From Felis catus (taxonomy: Eukaryota), in assembly GCF_018350175.1 (NCBI RefSeq), contig NC_058368.1:179120001-179184000 (forward strand): 64,000 nt of DNA, read 5' to 3'. Both the position numbers and the translations under genes were made by a program. Shown here one piece after another: positions 15,605-31,498 of the stretch. Below the pieces are notes generated by a model. That model saw only the letters and a list, made by a program, of their open reading frames with translations. It searched no databases and was not told the origin of the DNA. Position 1 is the stretch's first letter. Each line of letters starts with the position of its first letter.

Positions 15605-15677
15605 ATTCCAAGGATGACCGATGTCGAAACATGAATCTCAGATGGATTCTCTGCATGTCTTCAATAGGGACAGCCAC
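15605..15677 (-). CDS. DOCK2: DOCK2 exon 16 (73 nt): [24 protein letters not shown](S)
   Basis: ctaccaag|GTGGCT...GGAAT|gtgagt (AAG acceptor). Confidence 0.95.
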
Positions 15678-17392
15678 CTTGGTAGGCAGAAACCAGAATT
15701 CAGGAGACAATGAGTTAAACAGCTTTTCCCACTCCAGCACCCCCACCCCCCGCAAAAGGCAGCCTGACCATTTAACTGAGAGAGCTGCATGCTGATTTAT
15801 TATCCATCCATCAAGCCTGATGAACTGTAAATAAATTACATAAGAACTAGCTATGAAGAGAAAATAAAGTACCAAATGTAATCCATTTGGCAAATTGCAT
15901 TCCTAGCCAATGAAAAGAGGTTCGTAAATTATAGTGGGTTAAAATGAATCTCCCCAAATTGATATAAAAGTCACATAACTTTAGCACAGGATTTGATGCA
16001 CTGCACACTGCACAATGCACATTTTCCTTACACACTCCAGGAGTTCTGGCAATTGCAGCAGGGCTTAGCAAATTAACAACGGTCATTACAGGGTATGCCT
16101 GAGGACTCTTGTTTATGAAAATTCATAAAAATGCTTAAATCCAATAATATTTTGGAAAACCCTAGGGCTCATTCCCATCCTTGGCTGGACAGATACCCAA
16201 ATGTTTTTACCTTTGAAGCCACTGAGCCAAATCACCCACTCCTTGGTCACCCATTTCACTGCCCAGAGGGTGGTCTATTGAACACTTGATTGATACGTAT
16301 CAGGCCTGGCCATGGACTGGCCACCTCCCAACACCTCACAGTTCTCTCCATAACTTGCAATTCAAGCCAAAGCAAAGTTTAGCTACCTGTGAGGAAGCCA
16401 CTTTGATTTTTTAAAGGGACAAGTTTACACTGTAGAGATGACTATTAAAAGCCAAACCGATGTATACTTTGGGACACTTTCTGCTCCAGAAAATGGAATT
16501 TGAGCCTGAAGAGATCCATCATTTGTAATTTCAGACAAAAGAAAGGGATTTTTCTGAGAATCTCATGAACAACTGCAGTCCAATTCATTATTTTGCTGCG
16601 AATTTAATGGCTACTCCAAGCTATGGTCATATGATATGCTGGCCATGTTAATGTAAGGCAGAGGCCCTGCAACTCAAAAAGCTTATGGTTCACATGGGGA
16701 GATGCATATTTTAACAACCATCTGACAAGGGCTAGCAAAGGGAAATAACTAGTGTACAAGAGAACACAGAAAAGAGAAAAACAACTTGGTCCATCCAATA
16801 GCTTTCTGACCCTGAAGTTGGGTAGGTCATTTTGAAGAGAGTGAATTTGGGGAGACCCACTGAGGAAAACAGGAATATAAGTGACAGGGCAAGAGCCACT
16901 GAGCTCTGGGTAGCTATCTCAGAAAAGGAAGTTAAACGAACATCTTGAGTTTGGGTTCAGAGAACAGGGCGAATAAAGACTGCTACTAATTATAAGGTAG
17001 AGATATTCAAGCTTCCCTGTTCACTGAATTAATTCCAAACTCTTCTTCCAATGCATGATATTCCCTTCCACTTAGTGTGACAATCTGGTAGTGTGAGTAT
17101 TTGTGATTAATACCACTTTTGTCTGAGACATATTCCCAAGAGAATATCTTTCAGGCATCAAGTGGTCTTTTATAGCCTCACATTTGCTTGCAAGCTCTGT
17201 CGCTCCTCACTGCTGAGTAGAGTGACATAACTTGGTAGGCTAGACACTGTCCACAAGAAGAACATATGACAATTCTCTAGTGGCTGGTCCTGGGTCAGTG
17301 AAGGGTGATCAAGAGAAGCAGGTTGCTCATGCTTTGGGCCACCATTTTTACTCCCTGACACACCACTGGACACACACTAGGGTATTGCTTCA

Positions 17393-17614
<222 letters not shown>

Positions 17615-20600
17615 CTATAGAACTGCCATTTTCTGTGCTTGGGCAATTTTAGTTCCAAGGCCAACAATGGCCTTAGGGCCTTGGAAAACCCTCCATTCAC
17701 CAACCCTTCTGCCAGGTACCCTTCTAAGTTACAGATTTATACATGAACATCCCTGGCCCCAGGAGTGACAGCTGCTTAACTACAGAAATTCTATTACTTG
17801 CATTCTGGAAACCATTGGAGCACACCAGGCGCTGACGTGACTGACTTATTGTAAATGGTAACCAGCCTTGGAGTTACTGCATGCTGCCAGTCTTATTAAT
17901 CCTATTTGTTTCTAAAATCTGAATGTGCACAAAGTTTACAAACAGGCTCAGATCAGTCAAGCAGCAGCTCATTCTGATGTATTTCTGATGCTAACACAGA
18001 AGCTGGGCGATGGGAGGGAGCATGGGTTGCAGACAGATACAGGGGCAGAGGGAGCCCCACAGTCACGGAGCATCTTCTAGTATCAGGCCCATGCCAAGCA
18101 CTGGGAAATGGGCATTAGTCAGATATTCAACCTGACATAAGAGTTCACAGTTTTGCAGAAAGATCTTTAGATAACCAGACAAATCACTAAATGCAATGTA
18201 ATGGCAGACATATGTATTTATTACAGTGGAGCACAGAGAAGAGACACTTAAGTGTAGCCTGAGGATTCAGGGAAGATTTCTTGGAGGTGATGACAGTTGA
18301 GAATCTTGAAGAAAGATTCCAAGTTGGCTCTGAGCAGAAATGTGGGAAAGACATTCCAAACAGAGAATGAGCACAGAGCAAGTATACCTTATAGGACATT
18401 TAGCGTTTGCCATAAAAATCACATTCAGAGTAATAAGGAAGATCTGCTAATAGAGTGTGCTAGCACCTTAATTCTATCTCTTTGTATTAATTCTAGCTGT
18501 CTGGCCCCAAAACAAGATTTTAGCTAGGGTCACCCAGCAAGGGTCTAAATGTTTTATACCAGACCAACAGAATTTTATTTGCTTCTAGTCTCCAGAGATG
18601 TAGGGACAAAAGGATTGATTTTAGAGCCCCAGGCTCCCTAACTGCAAAACTGTGTGTCTCTGGGCATTTTTAGGATGACAGACTCCTTGCCTCTTACAGA
18701 TTCCATCCAATTCACCAACGGATCCTTGAAATCCCCTCTACCACCACCACCAGGCTAAATGATCCAAACTGGCCACACGCAAGCACTTTGGGACCCCCAA
18801 CAAGAGAAGCTAACTTGTGGGAAGTAGAATCCTGCTTGTGGGAAGTAGAATCTCTCCCTGGAATTCTCCCTCTTTACTTCCAAGCTGTAGGGAAACAATG
18901 ATTGAGGGTACTTGCAATCCAACTGAATCCATTTCAAAATAAGGATATAGCATCCTTTCAGAACTTACCTCTAAGAACAAACAAACAACAAAAAAAAACC
19001 CAAGAATAACCAGTGAACTAAAAATGAAGAAAGACAACTCTCTTGGTTTTCAATGGAATGAAGGGAATGAGGGCTTACAGAAATTTTTGAGGCACTGACC
19101 TATAAACATACTTTCAAAGTTTTTCTAACCATTTAGAGAGTGCTTTTTGTCCAGCATTATGCTGAACGCTTCATACATACTACCTCACTTAATCCAATCC
19201 TCATAACCACCTCAGATGATCACTGCTATTATCCACATTTCAACACTGAGTAAACTGAGGCCCTGAGAGCCCAGAAAGGTAGCAGAGCTAGCACACATCT
19301 CGACCCACTAACTCTCTGTCCAGTGTTCCTTCCATAACAACCTTCCAGCCTCCCATGATTTATATCTAGTGACATTTATGGGCTTAGAGTTTCTGTAGCT
19401 GCAGTGAATCCCATGTAGCTTATAAAATCTGAAAATACGTATATATCTCTGGTGAAAGTAAAATTGTTGTATGGCGAGCAACTGAATTCCACAAAACTAT
19501 CTTGATGGTGAAAACTTTTGATGGCCTAAGGCTGTAGAAAAAAGTTTCAGTACTACTCTGAGAAAGGCCTAAGACCCTCACTCTCAACCCTTCCGAGATA
19601 AAACTGAATGTTTCCACATGTGTCGAGAATCATGACCAGGGACTGAGCCTGGTTTTAGAGAAAATATAGATTTGTAAATGTCTCAAGTAAGCCTGTTCAA
19701 CAATTTTCCCCATTGCCCACCCCCATGGTACCCAGTTAGCAGTAAGAACTCCTAGTAGGTTTCAGGTTACTTGAAGGCAATCTGCATAGGAATCAGGAAG
19801 CCTGGGGGCTTTAATGCTGAGCTAGTCTTGGCAGACTCACTTCAGCAGGAGGAAAAATCAGGCTCCTCACACAGGCCCTGTCTACCTGATAGTAATCACC
19901 TGAGGAACAAATGACACCATGGATGCAAACGCACTTTGAGAACGAGAGTGCTCTACACCAACAAAGCCACATGCCAGGAAGATGCCAGTTAGCAGCCACA
20001 AGGCAAGAATCAAACCAGAAGACTACTATACCTGTCTAGTAACTAATTTTAATGAACACTTACTATGTAGATCACCTTATTCGATATTCACAAAAGCAAG
20101 GTGCAACTGCTGCAGTCTCTGATTCAGACAGAAAATTGTAGGCATAGAGAGATGATGTAATTTGTTCAAGGTCATCCTGCTAATCCAGGCTACACTGGGA
20201 ATTGAGCCTGGTTGCCTGGCCCCAGAGGTCATGGTCTCAAGTGCTATACTATGTTGTCCTCTATGCCTGCCTCTACCCCCGTTGGCTAGCTGAGCTCAGA
20301 AGAGGACAGGTTTCTCAGCCTGACATCTAATCCTTTTTGCTTCTCCTTAAACTTGCTTCAGGCATCCATCCTCATTGTAGTGACCATCTGACTGCCTCAG
20401 TTCCTGGTCAGGGCATCAACTTGCAATTGCTCGCCCTTCTCTGAATGTTACCCCCCTTCCTGTTTCTGCGTATTTACTGCATACCAGGTGCCTTACCCTT
20501 ACCATTTTGTTTAACTTGCAACCCTGTGAGGAGGAAATTATGACTCCTCTTTTATAGACAAATAAACCTTATCCAAGATTATACAGCTACTAGGAAGGGA

Positions 20601-22572
20601 GGTTGGGATTTTAACTTGATCTATTTGATCCCAGAGTCCACTGCACTAGCTTTTCTGCTATGGCCCCTCCTGTAAAAGGTTGCTGAGACCCCAAAGTGGG
20701 CCAAGGACACGTGTAACTTACTCTGTCCTCTGGCCCTGCTCTGCCAAGGGCAGTGTGCACCTGCAGCGGGAAAAGAAATAGATACCTCTGAAGGCAACTG
20801 TTTCCACAGGAACCCACCAGTATCAAAAGTATTTGAGTGTGCTGTCTGACACTTAATTAGGCAGTAATATTTATTTCTGCAAATAAAGAAAGAACAGCCT
20901 CCCACAGGCTTCCTTAGCAATTTTCAATAGTCAGTCAACTGAACTCCCCCATAACTTCCCTAATAGAGGAAACTGCAAATTATCACCGTGCCCCATAGTT
21001 ACCTCTCCATTTCAGCCCCCAGAATACCTCCTTATATATTCATCTTTGATGAGCGTGTTTGCGCAGCCTGGTCGGGTGTGACTGGAAAGGGTGGCAGAGG
21101 TAGAAGAATGGTTCAGGAGCAAGATTTGATGCCTACATTCCTGCTAACTGTTCCTTCTAATTTGTCCTTTGACAACACTGAAGGTGAGCATATCAGTGTT
21201 TTTAAAAATGAAGCTGAGGTTTAAAAGTTCTTCAACAGGTAGTCGGATAAAAATAACTTCAAAGCAATGGTCTATACATTCGTGAAATGCAATTTCCCTT
21301 TCAGATAAAAGCCCTCCGCTCTTCTTTTGTGATCTTTTGAGCAAAATGTCTCTCACTTATTTTACTTTTCAGAACCAACAAGAAGAGGATGATTTAAACA
21401 CTTGGGTTTTTGCTCAGCTAGATATTAATTAATGGGGCCAGTCTTTACCAACAAACAAGACACTTGGGGTTTTCTTTAAATTTAAAAAATAATTATTAAT
21501 CTTCCCAGAATTTGAAAGAAGTGGTTATTAGCATCATTTTTTGATATAAGAAATAAACTGGAGGATTTTTTTTAATGGATAGGCATTATAGTGAAGTATT
21601 TAAGAGGGCCTGAAACCTGGAACCAAACCCCATCCCTACCATATACTAACTTTATGTATGTACTTAGAAAAGTACTTAGTACTTATGTACTTAGAAAAGC
21701 AGTTTCACTTGAAGGCTTAGTTGCCCCCACCCCCGTAAAAATGGGGATAATAATGGCAATGCATCATACTTATCCCAGTGCCTGGCACGTAGTAATTCCC
21801 CTGTGAATGCCATTTATGTTCTTAGGTAGAGGGTAGAAATATCTGCCTGAGCCCCAGGCCCCAAGGCTAGAGCAGATGACTTATCAATACTTAACGCCCC
21901 CACGGTACTGTGCTATCTAATCACCTACTGTGGCCTAAGAGGAATATTTGCCCACGCTGAAACTGCTGCTGAGAGCTGATTTTATTTTCAGCTCAGTACT
22001 CCAAAAGGAGAAATGGAGAAGCAGAGCCCTCCCACACACTGGACACAATTGCTGACAACCTTTGAAGAAATATAAGTAAATAAATGTAAACACACATGAC
22101 AAATATTATATAGGACATATGCTGTATAAATATTTATAGCAATGTGCTTTGCATTCTTGAATACACTGTGTTGGCCCTCTGGAGACCAATTTACGAATAA
22201 GGCTTTCCACCAGAATTCTAGCTGAGCACTAGGGAGTTGGATTAAGTGTTGGGAATGTCTGTTTTGAGGCCATCCTGAGTCTCCACACTAGCCCAAGGCT
22301 CTGTATTGATCCTTTTTCTTGTCATGGATTTTGCCTGAATAAACCAGCTCAAGTTTCAATGTGAACAACATTTTAACAGCAAAAAACTGACCTATAAGCT
22401 GAGGTCAAGCAAAAAAAAAAAAAAAAAAAAAAGGAAATAGAAGAAAGAAAAATGGATTATGAAAAGAGAGAGACAGACATTGAAAAACTGCTTTGATGTA
22501 AAAGACAACACGATACAAGGTCTTACTATGGGCCAGTATGCTAACCAAGCTCTAAAGATGTAGATCATGTTA

Positions 22573-23181
<609 letters not shown>

Positions 23182-24018
23182 TCACTGTGCAGAAGATAGA
23201 GTGCCTTTTCGAGTCCCCAAGGAACACGGAAGGAGGGTCAGGAGGTGTTCAGGAATGGGGGGCAATCAGAACGGAAAGCCCCACAGGGGAATGCACAAGG
23301 AGTTGATGTCACAGGTAAAGCAGGTCCAAATGAACCACAGGGCAGGCCCCTAGGGGACCGCTATACACGGTGGGGAGGAGGAGGAGTAAGTGAGAGTAGC
23401 TATGCATGCAAGTCTAAGACGGGATTAAGATGAAAAGGGAAGTTTCAGAAGAATGTTATTATATCATCTCATTTATTTATTTTTTTTATTATATACACGT
23501 TCAGAAAATGTTAATAGCAGTTACTTCTAGAGACAAAGATTTGAGGGAGCTTTTAACGTTTCACTTTATACCCTTTCATGCTATTCTAACACTTTACAAT
23601 GAGCATGGAGTCCTCTGGTAATAAAAAAAAAATAGTTTAAAAATTTAAGAGAATGACATATCCTCCCCAAAAGAACAGAATTATTCAGTGTGTAGTAAAG
23701 TAGAAAGAATGTCCATGATAAATTATTAAGTGATAAAGCAAATCAGAGAACTCTATATAAAGTATGTAAAGTAATGGTATATAAAGCATATGAAGTGTGA
23801 TCCCATTGTGAGGGGAAAAAGTGCATGTGTGTATATTTATGTGTTTGTCTTTATTACGTGAATGTTTGGAAGATTTTTGGATATACAAAAATCATTTCCA
23901 GTGGTTACCTTCAGGGAAAGAAACAGAAAAGATGTAGTAGAAAAGTAAGGAGTTGACTTTTTAAAGGGAAAATGGATGTGACAAGCTAGATCTCCCCCAC
24001 CCCAGGAGAAGGCCAGAC

Positions 24019-24144
24019 CTGGCATGATGATCTCTGGGAAGCCCAGCTTCCTGGCCACCACAGTAGTCCTATCCACCAGGTGTGGGTAGTCCTTGCGGAT
24101 CTGAATGATGTCACCCACAAGCATCTTCATGGTCACCCAGAGGC
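24019..24144 (-). CDS. DOCK2: DOCK2 exon 13 (126 nt): (G)[41 protein letters not shown](G)
   Basis: ccttccag|GCCTCT...GCCAG|gtctgg; lies within ORF 23837..24256. Confidence 0.96.
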
Positions 24145-24687
24145 CTGGAAGGGAACGCTCACCATGAAGAGGCAACTTCAAGGTATTCTCAGTCTCGCTG
24201 CCCCCACCCCCAACCCCCACCATTTCTCCCCTTGAGCTCCTTCTGGAGGACACCACTGGAAGCAGAGAGAAACAATCTCAGAAGCAGTGACCCAACCCAG
24301 GAGGAAGGAAGGTGGAAAGCAGATGGGCTCTGGAGCCAGACATCTGTGGGTTTGAATCCCACTGGTGCCTTCTAGCAATGTCAGCTTCTGTCAAACTAAC
24401 CCACCTCTCTAAGCCTAGCCTCTGTAAAGTGAGGTAGATACCATGTATCTCACAGGAATGTGGGAAGAATTAAATCAATTAAGGAGATATATGAGAGTGC
24501 CTGACACATAAGAGATAGGATATATCAGTTCCCCTCTTCCTCTAGGCACTAGGACATGCCTCCCAGATTCAGGAGATGTGGTTTCCATCTCCACAGATCA
24601 CATGCTTCCATTCTTCACAATGGTCTGTCTAGAAGGAAGGCTATGTTTCCCAGGGTTTAGGATTTTGAACTGTTTTCCAAAGCATCA

Positions 24688-24855
<168 letters not shown>

Positions 24856-25778
24856 TCAATAAGGTTCCCACCTTGTGGTTCCATGTGTTCCAGAAAGTTA
24901 CCCAGGCCCTCCATACACCTTAGGTGAAAAGTGAGACTGCCCATGCCAGCTCAGACAGCATAGATGCCATCAGGAAATGCCACAAAGCAACATAGCTCGG
25001 AGATTTGGGAACATCATTGCTATAAGTAGAGGCCATTTTTCTTTCCCTAGGAAGACTCTTGGAAAAGAAGGATTCCCAAGCCCTCAAAAGGAACATCTGT
25101 TCAGTAAGGTGGCAAAGGCTTTAATGAGAGTCACTGACCTCATCGCCAATAACAAAACACCATACTCCCTGGACATCCTTGGGGTAACAGAGTAAAGACA
25201 ACATTCTCAAACTGGAGGTCCTGCTTTCTTACAGACACCTTTTCAGAGCAGGAAAAGGACATTTACCCTCCTCACTACCCTCCTCTCAAGTTATGGATAT
25301 TTCCATCCGTGAGAACCAGGTAACGATTCCCTGTTCTATGTTCTTGATATGTTATTGCTTCACAGAGTCATGGTTCTTGTATTACTTGTAATCAATGCAT
25401 TAATCTTTTGTTGATTATTTAATTCCCCATCAATTCCCCAAAATATTCCCCAAAATATATTTTAATTCCCCAAAATTAAGATCCAAGAAGACAGGCCACG
25501 TCTATCTTATTAACCATTTCGTGCCCCATGCCTACTGCAGTGCCCAGCCCTCTGTCAGTCAAACTCTGTCAAATACAGAACAGTTGATGAACGAATATGT
25601 GAAAAGCAGGTTGGTCTCAAGTGCCTTGGCACAGAGACACACTCGTTCTTTTACTGCCCTCCTCTTGGGAGGCCCAATGGGACCATCGCCAACTCAGGGA
25701 ATTACAGCCTACTTTCCAGCAGCCTTCAGTGAGGAAGGGTGTGGTTTAAAAGAAGGGAAAGAAATGGAAAATCTCTCA

Positions 25779-25913
<135 letters not shown>

Positions 25914-26619
25914 TTACACTCTCCTGCTCCCAGGAAGGGATGTCAATGGGATGAGACTATAGGATAAGAGAGGTTGGGTCAGAAAGTCTTAAAAAGCAAG
26001 CTAACCAGAATCAGACAATACTCAGACAGCAAGGGTTCATAATGTGTAGCACCTGGCAAGCACTTCTGGGCAAAGCAGGTTGGGAGGTCAGTAGGCCACA
26101 GAAATATCCAAGAGACTGTGGTTTAGCAGAAGCCAAGAGAAAAGAATCAGAAGAGTGTCTATGAAATTAAACAAGCAGGATTGGATTTGACATAGATATA
26201 TTGGGTGTCTACTGTGCCTACAAAACCCAAGCACAAGGACTCCCTATGGGACCTGAGAATCTAATGAAATCTACTCGCTCCCTTTTCATAAACATGCTCA
26301 TATGCACGAACACTTAACTGCAGGATCTTTGAACCCTGCAATTCCAGAGGGATCTTGGACCCTCTGAAATTTCACCTCAAATTAGCCACTAAAGGCCCAT
26401 AAAACCAAGGTGAAGAACTCCTGAATTAGACAGGGGATTATAGAAATGGTGGTGACGGCAGGGGAGGGGCATGGAGAACAGCTAGTCAAATATAGCCAAA
26501 ACCCTAGTGACATGAAATACCTCAAACACTTCAAGCCCATTAAAACTGTCTGGATAATAATCAGCCAATGACTGCATTTAATTGAAGAGGGGAGTCAGGG
26601 AGTTGACAGAAGGAAGGGG

Positions 26620-27075
26620 AACTGTTATTTGAATCCATTGTCCACTCCTGTGATCAACAGACACCCCCCCTAGCCCATTCTCAGTGAGCATGGTTTGGGT
26701 GTAGCAATTTCCCTCTGGCTCCAGAGTTGTTCATATGACTTGGCCAGTCAGAGGACCACATCCCCATGCCCAGAGTAAGTGCTTCAGGAATGAGCATGTT
26801 GCCTACATTTATGTTCCTGGGGCTTCTACTAACTAACGGGAAAGAGGTGTTTTCTTTCCGCTAGATTACTAAACTGGTAAGATGCAAGCTTGGAACAGAT
26901 GGCCCACATTTTGCCAACTAACTGGACAGTCATCTTCAGAATAAGTCAGCAAGCGGACATAGGAGCTGAGAGATAATGAGATATAAATTCGAGTTCCTGG
27001 ATCCAGCTATACCTGAAGCAATCTATGCCTGAACCTTTCAGTTACATCAAATTGCTTTCACCTGAAGCCAAAAGA
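26620..27075 (+). mobile_element. Old MaLR (MLT1-like) LTR
   Basis: tgacttggccagtcagag...gagttcctggatccagctatacctgaagca...ctttcagttacat resembles MLT1. Confidence 0.45.
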
Positions 27076-27500
27076 GCACGCAGACTACAGCTGAGGACAA
27101 AGGCACGGTTTGAGGTAAGGTTGAAGAACCCTCACTGCCTTAACAGGGACACTATGATGTCAGGAATATCCTGACATCAGCATTTCAGAGCAGGGCACAG
27201 ATCAATCAGTCCAAGTCTCTCATTTTGCAGATAATGAAACTAAGTCCCTGGGGAAAATGCTTGCCAAGGTCACCTAACTATCTAGTTAGCAACAATACCA
27301 GGCTAAAATAAAACCAGTTAGGTCATTATAAGCTAACTTCATCTACTCCACCACTTTGCAAGCAGTGCCAGGGGACTAGTTGGAGAGCCAGCTGGTTTGT
27401 GCTTGCAGATCGGGGTATCTTGAACGAAGAACCTGAAACACAGGGTTTAGAGATGATACAGAGGAATTATAAATGGTACATGATTTAAAAAGTATATTTT

Positions 27501-27714
27501 AGGAGCACCTGGGTGGCTCAGTTATTTGAGCATCTGACTCCTGATTTCAGCTCAGGTCATGATCCCAGGGTTGGGGGATCGAGCCTGGTGTTGGGTTCCA
27601 CACTGAGCCTGGAACTTGCTTAGGATTTTCTCTCTCTCTCTCCTTCTGCCCCTCCCCCCCCCCTCTTTTGCACTTTCTCTCATTCTCAAAAGCCAAAAAA
27701 CAAAACAGAAAGCA
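27501..27714 (+). mobile_element. Can-SINE (older, diverged), inserted in a DNA transposon relic
   Basis: SINE head and CT tract; TSD aaaaagtatatttt (27487-27500) / aaaaagcatatttt (27715-27728). Confidence 0.85.
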
Positions 27715-28268
27715 AAAAAGCATATTTTAATAAAAAGAAATAAAACTGGCATATAAAATAGCTGTTTTCACAGGTATTTAAATGGTCTTCCAAAAAGTGT
27801 ACTTTAGTTTAAAGTGAGCTAATTAAAAGAAAATATATTAGGTAAATAATAATGCAAGTTATAGTTAAATATAACAAAAACCATAAAAGTGGTTAAAGAA
27901 TGATGAAGCCTTGGAAACCCCGAGAGAGAGCTAAGGCTTGGAGAAAAATGAGGAGGTGAGGCTGCTCTAAAGCAACCTCATTTGGTCACACCAACTCTCC
28001 AAACATCCACTTCCATCTAGAATTTAGATGTGTGGCCAGTGACTCATTCTGTGTAACTGCATTTCCTGTCCTGGATATTTTTTAAAAAGTGATTTGTGCC
28101 TCATAATTAGATCCCACCCGAACTGTTCCTCCTTCACCACGCTGGGGAGCAAAGGCGCCAAATGTTCAGACTGCAATGCTCTCCCAACACTCTGCTGCAG
28201 ACACGAGGAATCTATTATTCACTGCCTTCATCATAAATCTGGATTTGGCCACCAATTATTTTTATTTA

Positions 28269-28571
<303 letters not shown>

Positions 28572-29997
28572 TTAATAGTTACCATGTGTCTAAAGAAGTA
28601 GAAAAGGAAGCCTAGTGATAGCAAATTCTGGGGCAGATGTATTTAGCACTTAGTGTACAAGGACCAGTCATACAATTAGTCACAGGAAAGGCTGAAAACA
28701 AGACGATACACCCATTCCATAGATAAGAACTGTGAGTTTTAGAAAGTTCTAGAAAGGAAACTGAGGGACAGGTCTCTGGTGTTCAATCCCCATTCTTCAA
28801 TTTCAAACCAATGAGAAGAGGATAGAAGTACAATATCAGTCATACAGGCAACATTTCCTATATGCCAGCTGATGGATCCAAAATAGCTTTTGCTACAAAT
28901 GACTTCATTTGTCTCATCACCACTCAGCACTACTGAGGGAGAAGGCCAAAGGAAGAGGGAAAGCTCCCAATAGTTACATTCACTGAGCACCTGACGTATG
29001 TATATCAATCAGGAATGGGTTGTTGTGGCACAAGTAATCCCAGCATCTCAGAGCTTTATAAGACAACAGAAGTTTACTTCTAGCTCAGGCTGAATGCCAA
29101 ATGCAAACAGCTGCCCCCCACCCACTCATCTCCCACCTTGCTCAACTACCCACCCTGGGCCTCTAGCTGACGGGCGAGCCATCTCCTCAGAACAGGTGCT
29201 TCCACTGTCCCCACAGCAGGGGAAGGAAATGTGGCGAATCACCTTTTGGTCTTAAAGCTTCCACCCAGACAAGGCACATCACTTTGGCTTGCATTTCAAT
29301 GACCAAAGCAAGGCAGGCAGCCGCAGCTAACTTCAAGGGGGACAGCTGAGTGCCCTCAGGTGTGTGCCATGAAGGAAGAACACTGAAACCGGTGAACTAC
29401 ACTAATGTGTCCTGCATGGTGCTGTATTTCTCACATGCCATCATCTTGTTTGATCCTTAACAACTCTCTCAAGTAGATACTGTTTTTGCACCCCATTTTA
29501 CAGAGGGGGAGACTGAGACATGAAGAAGACAAGGGGCTTCCAGAGGTCATGACCTTAGTCCTTGGAGACACTGTCCATTCTCACACCAAAGTCCATAAAC
29601 CTAACTACCACAAAATATCTCTCTCCCCTTTAGAAAGATACACGGGAGGGAAAACCACCCAGGTCACCTCAGTATCTGGGTGTCCTGCTCAAATCTAAAA
29701 GCTTCAGTGTTCTTGGAACCCCCTTCCAGATGGGATCAAGGCAAGTTGTTGGCGTCCGAGCAGAGAATCCTGGGCCTGGCCTCACTAGGGAATAGCTGCT
29801 TTTCCTCCAAGTTAACCCTCATATAGGCATATGCACTGGGAATAGCCTGTCAGCTCACATAAGAGCCAGGGTCCAGGCAAAGCAGCCATCCCCAGGCTCT
29901 CAGTGTGTATGGTGTGGAAAGAAGAGCATGGGGGTGTGAAGAGTTTCTGGGGACAAAACATGGTCCCAATGTAGTCCACACCTTCCTGCTTCAGGCT

Positions 29998-30643
29998 TGT
30001 GATAGTTAATTTTATTTATTTATTTTGAGAAGGAGAGAGAGAGCATGCACACGAGTGAGCAGGGGAAGGGCAGAGTGTGAGGGAGAGAAAGAATCCCAAG
30101 TAGGCTGCACACTGTCAGCTCACAGCCCAACATGGGGCTCAACACAGGGCTCAGCCCCACAAAACGAACCTTGGGATCATGACCTGAGCTGAAATCACTG
30201 ACTAAGCCACCAAGGCGCCCCCGTGATGGCTACATTTTATGCACCAGCTTTGACTAGGCCATGGTGCTTAGTTGCTTGGTCAAACACTAGTCTAAATGCT
30301 TCTGTGAAGGTATTTCGTAGGCCCAATTAACATCTATAATCGATGGACTTTAAGTAAAGGAGGTTACCATACATAATGTAGATATGCCTCATCCTATCAG
30401 TTGAAGGCCTTGAGGCCTTATTCACTGTTGTACCTCTAGCACCCAAACCTGAGGTTTTCCAGTGAAGGACGAGTTGTGCCTCAAGACAGTAATAAAGAAA
30501 TCCTGCCTGAATTTCAGGCCTGCTGGCCAGCCCTACAGATTTCAAACTTGCCAGCCCCCACAATCCTGTGAGCCAAATCCTTTGAATAAACCTACATATA
30601 TATCCTATTGGTTCAGGTTCTCTGGAGAACTCTGACTGATACA
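29998..30643 (+). mobile_element. MLT2-type (ERVL) solo LTR interrupted near its 5' end by a SINE
   Basis: Starts TGTGATAGTTAATTTT, resumes after the SINE with gtgatggctacattttatgcaccagctttgactaggccatggtg...cagttgaaggcctt, and ends ctctggagaactctgactgatACA. Confidence 0.75.
30014..30221 (-). mobile_element. Can-SINE with an internal deletion
   Basis: Reverse-complement head (gccaccaaggcgcccc), (GA)n and T-tail; the diverged TSD duplicates the LTR start. Confidence 0.85.
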
Positions 30644-31391
30644 AGGGCTGTCCTTTCACCTGCTGAGGGAATGGACATCTGCTCCCTGACTCTCCTCAAA
30701 GTCTCTCTACTGGGCAAGGGGAGAGGAAAGTTAGGGGAGAAGGGGGCTTTCTGGCTAAGGAAGCTCAGCCACTCATTTGTATTTTCTGCCTTGCCCTATA
30801 GGCAACTGAATTTGAGATCCCAATTATCTTACATGCAGATGGTTGGAAAGCCTCTTCTCTGGCCTGCCTGCCTCCTTCCTCCCAACCATCTTGATATCCC
30901 TGAAAAACTCATCTTTAGAAGCCATGTTCATTATTTCATTTCTCTCCCCGCAACAACCTTAATAGCTCCCTATTTCCTACCCTATTAGTGCTAATCTTCC
31001 CCAGCTGACGTGAAAGGTCCCAGACATAATATATTTCCAGCTGTCCTACCTGACCAATTCCCCACTATTCTCTGCATGTAAGTACTCTATTTTTGTCACA
31101 AAGATCCCGTTACCGCTCCACAAACACACAATGCTCACTTTCAACTCAATCTTTCTTCCTAAGCCCCCTGTCCACACCTCTGCCTCAAATACTTACCTCT
31201 TACTCCTCTATATATCCAAATCCTTTCCAACCTTAAGAGCTTAAGGCTTGCTTCCCTTATAATGATTTTCGTCCCTAATTAGTTCCCCCCTCTCATTAGA
31301 AATTTTCATATTTTTGAAACATCTAGTTTGGTATCTTTCAGAGTCATTCCAGAGTCACAAAGACCCTGGCACCTGAAGGATCCTCCCTAGA

Positions 31392-31498
31392 TGTTATGGG
31401 ATGAATTATGTCCCCTCAGAATTCATATGTTGAAGTCCTAACCTCCCAGAACCTGAAAATGTATTTGGAGATAGGGCGTTCCAAGAGGCAATTAAGCT
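31392..31498 (+). mobile_element. MLT1 (MaLR) LTR 5' fragment only
   Basis: TGTTATGGGATGAATTATGTCCCC..AATTCATATGTTGAAGTCCTAACC..GTATTTGGAGATAGGG is a typical MLT1A/B start. Confidence 0.75.

Noticed and set aside
23837..24256. 139-aa ORF (likewise 13290..13613, 15576..15893, 56567..56881, 28266..28517)
   Set aside because: Each is a DOCK2 exon plus open flanking intron, not an independent gene.
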